A stretch of DNA of 10,516 nucleotides, from assembly GCA_046483985.1 (NCBI GenBank), contig JAWOCD010000096.1:1-10516 (forward strand). Direction: 5' to 3'. Shown here piece after piece: positions 6,543-10,516 of the stretch. Numbering within the stretch: position 1 is the first letter of the stretch; each line of letters begins with the position of its first letter. The notes beneath the pieces are model-generated. The model saw only the letters and a program-made list of their open reading frames with translations, had not been told where the DNA came from and searched no databases. Made by a program: the position numbers and the translations under genes. The DNA is from Promethearchaeia archaeon. Its GTDB lineage: Archaea; Asgardarchaeota; Lokiarchaeia; Sigyniarchaeales; SOKP01.

Positions 6543-7452
6543 AAATCCAGGGAATGTTATGCCCACTACATATTATTGTCCCGAGTGTCTGAAATATTCG
6601 GGAGTTTTAGACCCAGTCTCCAACGAAACAATCTGTGAAAAATGCGGTCTCGTGCTGGACGATACAAACATTAAAAATTGCGAGCGACCAATGTTTAACC
6701 GAAAACAAATAAAATCACGGAAGCGTACAGGACCCCCTTCATCACCGTTATACCTTAACAAGTCGACGGTGTTTAAGAAAAGAGATATCTTCAGTTTGAT
6801 AAACTCAAAGGCAAATCAACGAAAATTCTCGAGACTCTATAAAAGAAATTTGTATCTTAATTCTCAGAATCGGAGCTTAAAAAACGGGCTGGACGAATTT
6901 AAAGGGATTATGAACCACTTTCAGATCCCAAGACCAATACGCCTACGCGTCTTTACGTTAGTAAAACAAGCGCAAGCAAAGAACCTTCTCCAAGGACGAG
7001 CGTATCATACAATTATTCCGGCACTGTTATATTTAGTATGTCAAGAGCGCAATTTTCCGCTGCGACTGCGAAAAATAACATCAGAGCTAAAAATCTCAAA
7101 TCATATTTTTTTTAAATATCTTCGTGTTATGGCTGCGGAATTAAAAGTGTCACATAATAAACAAAAACAAAACATGCATGTTACGAAGACTTGCGCCGAA
7201 CTTGACATTCTATTTCTTGAACGCGAAGTAGCGTTACTACTACAGAAAATTCCGTTTTATATCAAGAACGGAAAAAAGCCAGGAGGTATATTAGGCGGAG
7301 TTATTTATTATTTTTCTCAGAAAAAGCATTTAGGAATTACATATCAACAGATCTCGGATATTGTAAAAGTTACCGAGCCGTGCATACGAGCTCGATTTCG
7401 GGAAATTAGAAAATGGATACAACAGATCAAGGAGGGAAACAATCAGAAATGA
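6529..7452 (+). CDS. tfb: Transcription initiation factor TFB/TFIIB homolog (copy 2)
   Basis: CPEC...CEKCGLVL Zn ribbon; RKRTGPP reader loop; NLLQGR and NGKKPGG repeat motifs; HTH ITYQQISDIVKVTEPCIRARFREI. Confidence 0.93.
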   Translation: MTQSKNPGNVMPTTYYCPECLKYSGVLDPVSNETICEKCGLVLDDTNIKNCERPMFNRKQIKSRKRTGPPSSPLYLNKSTVFKKRDIFSLINSKANQRKFSRLYKRNLYLNSQNRSLKNGLDEFKGIMNHFQIPRPIRLRVFTLVKQAQAKNLLQGRAYHTIIPALLYLVCQERNFPLRLRKITSELKISNHIFFKYLRVMAAELKVSHNKQKQNMHVTKTCAELDILFLEREVALLLQKIPFYIKNGKKPGGILGGVIYYFSQKKHLGITYQQISDIVKVTEPCIRARFREIRKWIQQIKEGNNQK

Positions 7453-7868
7453 CCATGTGTAGATATGCGGAGCTATGCCCACATTATAGACTAAAATCAT
7501 ATATATGTAATAAAAACCCTGGGCCATATTGCGGCCAGTATAAAAGACTTCAGAAAAAGGAAAAGAGGATTAGACAACGGAAACAAGGCAAAGGCAAAGC
7601 AACATTCTTCACCGAAGAGCTGGAAAAAATGTTTGAGAATTTAACTAAAAAAGTGGTAATAAGCAAAGGGCTGAGTAAGCAGAATCATCACACAGTTTGT
7701 AATCTTATTTTTATTGGATACAAACCTGGATGTTCAGCTCGTGAATCGCAAAACTGCGAGCATAATCGAAACGGTATATGTATGCTTCACCAAGATTTAA
7801 GCTGTGCGGCTGTTCAAACTATTAAAAAACGAGAATTACGCATGCGGGAGGAATTAATTAAAAAGTGA
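7449..7868 (+). CDS. Cys-rich hypothetical protein with two metal-binding clusters
   Basis: ATGA overlap with the tfb stop (track start 7413); C-x5-C-x9-C-x7-C at the N-terminus and a second Cys/His cluster at the C-terminus. Confidence 0.65.
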   Translation: MTMCRYAELCPHYRLKSYICNKNPGPYCGQYKRLQKKEKRIRQRKQGKGKATFFTEELEKMFENLTKKVVISKGLSKQNHHTVCNLIFIGYKPGCSARESQNCEHNRNGICMLHQDLSCAAVQTIKKRELRMREELIKK

Positions 7869-8416
7869 CGATTGAAAGCAAGGAAATTAAACATTATACA
7901 AAAGACGACATTTTAAATCAATTGGAAGTTTTTAAAGAGACGCGATGTTTTCTGTGGGGGAAAGTGACAACTCAAAAATTCTGGGATATTCGAAGCGAAG
8001 TTGGGCGTGATATATTTCGCGAAGAATTAGGCGTGCATTTGGATAAACAAGCCGGCGACTGGATTGCCAAAGTCCGCATTGCTCGACAACCGCGCCAGAA
8101 GAAGATATATATTCATAATATATCGATTGGAGATCATGTTTGGATTCAGAATGTACATCCTAATACAAATATTGGTAACGGGGGCTTTCGACGAATTGGA
8201 AAAGTAGTAGAGATTCGAAGCGATGGAAAATTAAAAGTAAGATATACTCGAAGTGACGTTGATCAAGATTTTGTCGAGCGTATAAATCTATTTGTTCCTA
8301 TTTATCTTGGTTATCAGAATCATGATAATTTAATCTCAGGTAACGTTGCGAAAAGAGAAAAGTTTTGGAAAGTAAACTATAAACTTATTAAGGAGGATAA
8401 CCTAGATGCGGTTTAA
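7865..8416 (+). CDS. Hypothetical protein with possible SH3/KOW-like beta-barrel
   Basis: ISIGDHVWI...IGKVVEIRSDGKLKVRY pattern; GTGA overlap; upstream GGAGG. Confidence 0.6.
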   Translation: MTIESKEIKHYTKDDILNQLEVFKETRCFLWGKVTTQKFWDIRSEVGRDIFREELGVHLDKQAGDWIAKVRIARQPRQKKIYIHNISIGDHVWIQNVHPNTNIGNGGFRRIGKVVEIRSDGKLKVRYTRSDVDQDFVERINLFVPIYLGYQNHDNLISGNVAKREKFWKVNYKLIKEDNLDAV

Positions 8417-8720
8417 TTTAGAATCATACAAAAAATTCTATTCTCTCCCTGAAGAGATTAATTATAAATTATATATGCAGATCGCCCAAAAACGCGATGA
8501 TCTTCTCTGGTGTTATCACGATTGTCTTAATGAGATTACCCGGTTAGCTCGAGAAGTGGTAGTGCCAGAATTCACTTCGAAGGAAGCAAAATATTATCGT
8601 AGACATTTATTTGACTTAATTGAACTTTTACAAGAGCGTCCGAAAAAGAAAACGCATCCACTCTATAAACGAATAAAACACCAGAAACGACAAAAACAAA
8701 AATTGGAGGCAACCCACTAA
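8406..8720 (+). CDS. Hypothetical protein with basic C-terminus
   Basis: SD AGGAGG, 104 aa, overlaps the upstream gene. Confidence 0.65.
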   Translation: MRFNLESYKKFYSLPEEINYKLYMQIAQKRDDLLWCYHDCLNEITRLAREVVVPEFTSKEAKYYRRHLFDLIELLQERPKKKTHPLYKRIKHQKRQKQKLEATH

Positions 8721-8721
8721 A

Positions 8722-9156
8722 ATGACTGGAAAAAAACCACTCTTTCAGAAAAAAGGCTTTTTGGCTGTGTTTAACATATTTAAAGAGGATTCATTTCACG
8801 CTACAGAAATTCTCTATAAATATTTTCTTACGCTTTTACGCGGAAGAGGGGCGGAAAGCGCATTCTATACAGTAAAAACAAAATTGGAGGAAAAGAACAT
8901 TATATCATTTTATGAATCAAACTTGGGCAAAGTAATTAAATTAACAAAAAAAGGCCAACAGATACGACAAATTATAGGGCTTTTACAGCAGCTTTTAGAT
9001 ACCGAAACCTATTTGTTACGAGCAGACCATAAGGTTCATGAGCGTAAGATTAGCCATGTGCTTACTATTTTAATGAAGCTCTTGAGAGGGAAAGACCCTT
9101 TCGATGAACTTGAACAAAAATATTCGGAGGTATTAAAACATTCAAAATGGAGATGA
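8722..9156 (+). CDS. Winged-HTH DNA-binding protein (MarR/PadR-like wing)
   Basis: ESAFYTVKTKLEEKNIISF...KVIKLTKKGQQI shows the typical recognition helix, wing and LT-KG motif. Confidence 0.7.
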   Translation: MTGKKPLFQKKGFLAVFNIFKEDSFHATEILYKYFLTLLRGRGAESAFYTVKTKLEEKNIISFYESNLGKVIKLTKKGQQIRQIIGLLQQLLDTETYLLRADHKVHERKISHVLTILMKLLRGKDPFDELEQKYSEVLKHSKWR

Positions 9157-9278
9157 AGGCACATAACTTCCAATTTGGCAAAAGGGATATCGGGTTACTT
9201 CAAGATATTAAACCCTTGATTAATGAGAACCTCTTTGAAAAGCTCAAAGAACGACTTAAAAAAAAGGAGGGATTATAA
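9153..9278 (+). CDS. Small 41-aa protein not in the ORF track
   Basis: ATGA overlap with the upstream stop; MKAHNFQFGKRDIGLLQDIKPLINENLFEKLKERLKKKEGL*; fills the gap and ends 1 nt before ATG 9280. Confidence 0.55.
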   Translation: MKAHNFQFGKRDIGLLQDIKPLINENLFEKLKERLKKKEGL

Positions 9279-9279
9279 G

Positions 9280-9663
9280 ATGGAAATGGGCACAATTAGA
9301 AAAAGATTAAAAGAACGGTTCCACGGCGAGAATAAACGCCGCAAATATCGGGCCGTATTTGAGCGATTCGGCTCACGTTCGGGATACAAAGGGCCAGTCC
9401 GAACAATACTCTTAAAAAATCTTGTCGATGGAAAAACACATAAACCAATCGCCGATCATTTATGGATTGATTGCGGAAAACGGTTTGACAAGATACATTT
9501 AACTTCTGGCGATTTAGTTGAGTTTTACGCCCGTGTCGATGCCTATGAAAAAGGTTATAAATTCAAACGCATCGATTATCGGTTAGTGTATCCCAGTAAA
9601 GTAAGAAAACTAAATGTTGATTATAATCTTAAAAAATATTTTAAAAATAAGGAGGAAAAATAG
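9280..9663 (+). CDS. Hypothetical protein, possibly OB-fold-like
   Basis: F-RFG...TILLKNL...DHLW...GDLVEF-ARV--Y-KGY...DYRL-YPSKV resembles a widespread uncharacterised family as I recall it (unverified). SD AGGAGGG 9265-9271 favours ATG 9280 over the track's 9223. Confidence 0.65.
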   Translation: MEMGTIRKRLKERFHGENKRRKYRAVFERFGSRSGYKGPVRTILLKNLVDGKTHKPIADHLWIDCGKRFDKIHLTSGDLVEFYARVDAYEKGYKFKRIDYRLVYPSKVRKLNVDYNLKKYFKNKEEK

Positions 9664-9665
9664 AA

Positions 9666-9908
9666 TTGACAAAAACAATAAAAAAGCGCATTAGAAAGAT
9701 CACCTTATCATCTCGAACACTTCTGATTGACATCCGCAATCATTCGGCGATTCTTAAACCATTTGATCCGAACCTGAACGGATTTGACTGGAGCAGACCG
9801 GTTACCATTACTATAGAACAAGAAGCGATTACTCCAATATGTAAGCATTGTAAAGGTCTTGAGCATTTACGCAAACAAAAAACAAATGAGGTGAAAAAAC
9901 GTGACTGA
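9666..9908 (+). CDS. Hypothetical protein, weakly AbrB/swapped-hairpin-like, with a C-terminal CxxC
   Basis: SD AGGAGG before TTG; beta pattern IRKITLSSRTLLIDI...PVTITIE; CKHC. Confidence 0.5.
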   Translation: MTKTIKKRIRKITLSSRTLLIDIRNHSAILKPFDPNLNGFDWSRPVTITIEQEAITPICKHCKGLEHLRKQKTNEVKKRD

Positions 9909-10347
9909 AGAATTTGAAAAAATAAAAAGTGACTTCGTGGACCTTGAAGTAAGAGAATTTCTTTCCAAGAATTTCGAAATTATGATGAATTCGGGGTTGG
10001 GTATGAAGGGATTTAAGCGACACTTTTCGGACTATATCGAGCGCATGAAGGAATCCCAAATTGGAAAATCAAAATGGTATTGTAAGCAATGCAAGGAAGA
10101 GTTTATACGTCCAGATAAAGAACATAATTGCCCGTGCTGCGGAGCTCATGCAGAGTTAATTCAGCTTGTTTGGTGCCGGTGTGCGGATTGTGAAAAATAT
10201 CTCGAAACATATCACGCGTGTGACGCATGCGGTGGGACGATGGACCGTGAAAATTCAAAAGAAGAATGGTTTTGGTGTCAATGGTTTTACCCAAAAGAGG
10301 AGCTTTATAGTCAGTATATTAAACCTAAGGAGCTGAGCGAGAAATGA
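9901..10347 (+). CDS. Multi-Zn-ribbon protein
   Basis: WYCKQC...CPCCG and CRCADC...CDACGG...C motifs; strong SD GAGGTGA before the GTG start. Confidence 0.75.
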   Translation: MTEEFEKIKSDFVDLEVREFLSKNFEIMMNSGLGMKGFKRHFSDYIERMKESQIGKSKWYCKQCKEEFIRPDKEHNCPCCGAHAELIQLVWCRCADCEKYLETYHACDACGGTMDRENSKEEWFWCQWFYPKEELYSQYIKPKELSEK

Positions 10348-10516
10348 AACATGCACGACTTTCGGAGCAGATAAGTATATGTGCTCGATGTTATAGATCC
10401 ACTAAAGGAAGATTTTTTCTCTTTCAATCTTGGGGGCGGGAATCGGTATTTTGTCCGGAATGTGTACACGATATGAAAAAAAAAAGGGAATTTAAACTTA
10501 TGAAACGAACATATAT
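10344..10516 (+). CDS. Small Zn-finger protein, 3'-truncated by the window edge (not in the track)
   Basis: ATGA overlap; MKHARLSEQISICARCYRSTKGRFFLFQSWGRESVFCPECVHDMKKKREFKLMKRTY... with CARC and CPEC. Confidence 0.65.
   Translation, partial: MKHARLSEQISICARCYRSTKGRFFLFQSWGRESVFCPECVHDMKKKREFKLMKRTY

Larger units (their letters stand above)
1..10516 (+). mobile_element. Segment of a probable archaeal virus/provirus or large extrachromosomal element (early/middle region); ends not in window
   Basis: Single-strand run of small orphan ORFs with ATGA/TAATG/TGATG/GTGA overlaps; many Zn-finger, RHH and HTH proteins; PCNA and TFB outside any housekeeping context. No structural or integrase gene seen, so the call is an inference. 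Confidence 0.7.

Noticed and set aside
4603-7452. Eukaryotic giant virus (NCLDV) origin, because NCLDVs also encode PCNA and TFIIB
   Set aside because: SD motifs, overlapping operonic genes, RHH and TrmB-like regulators, and archaeal-type PCNA and TFB motifs point to an archaeal context.
9182-9218. AAGGGATAT...ACCCTTG resembling the hairpin at 495-511
   Set aside because: Short matches with different spacing, lying inside the probable 41-aa ORF.
799-10294. All minus-strand ORFs in the track
   Set aside because: Each lies antisense to a well-supported + strand gene and has no recognisable motif, so they are probably shadow ORFs.

Overview
AT-rich window of about 27 tightly packed, mostly translationally coupled genes, all on the + strand. 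Nearly all have archaeal-type Shine-Dalgarno motifs (GGAGG/GAGGTGA). Recognisable products are a PCNA sliding clamp with a long acidic tail, two tandem and strongly diverged TFB/TFIIB initiation factors, an RHH protein, two winged-HTH proteins and many small Cys-rich (Zn-finger) orphans. This layout fits the early/middle gene region of an archaeal virus, provirus or large extrachromosomal element. The PCNA looks Asgard (Lokiarchaeia)-like to me, but that is unverified recall. No capsid, terminase, integrase or polymerase gene is present, so the element type is inferred. The most notable points are a PCNA-TFB-TFB cassette that could reprogram promoter recognition, a repeat- and hairpin-dense 224-bp control region upstream of the RHH gene, a long hairpin between PCNA and the first TFB, and a probable frameshifted gene just upstream of PCNA. 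Several starts are revised from the ORF track using SD spacing and stop/start overlaps, and two small ORFs missing from the track are added.
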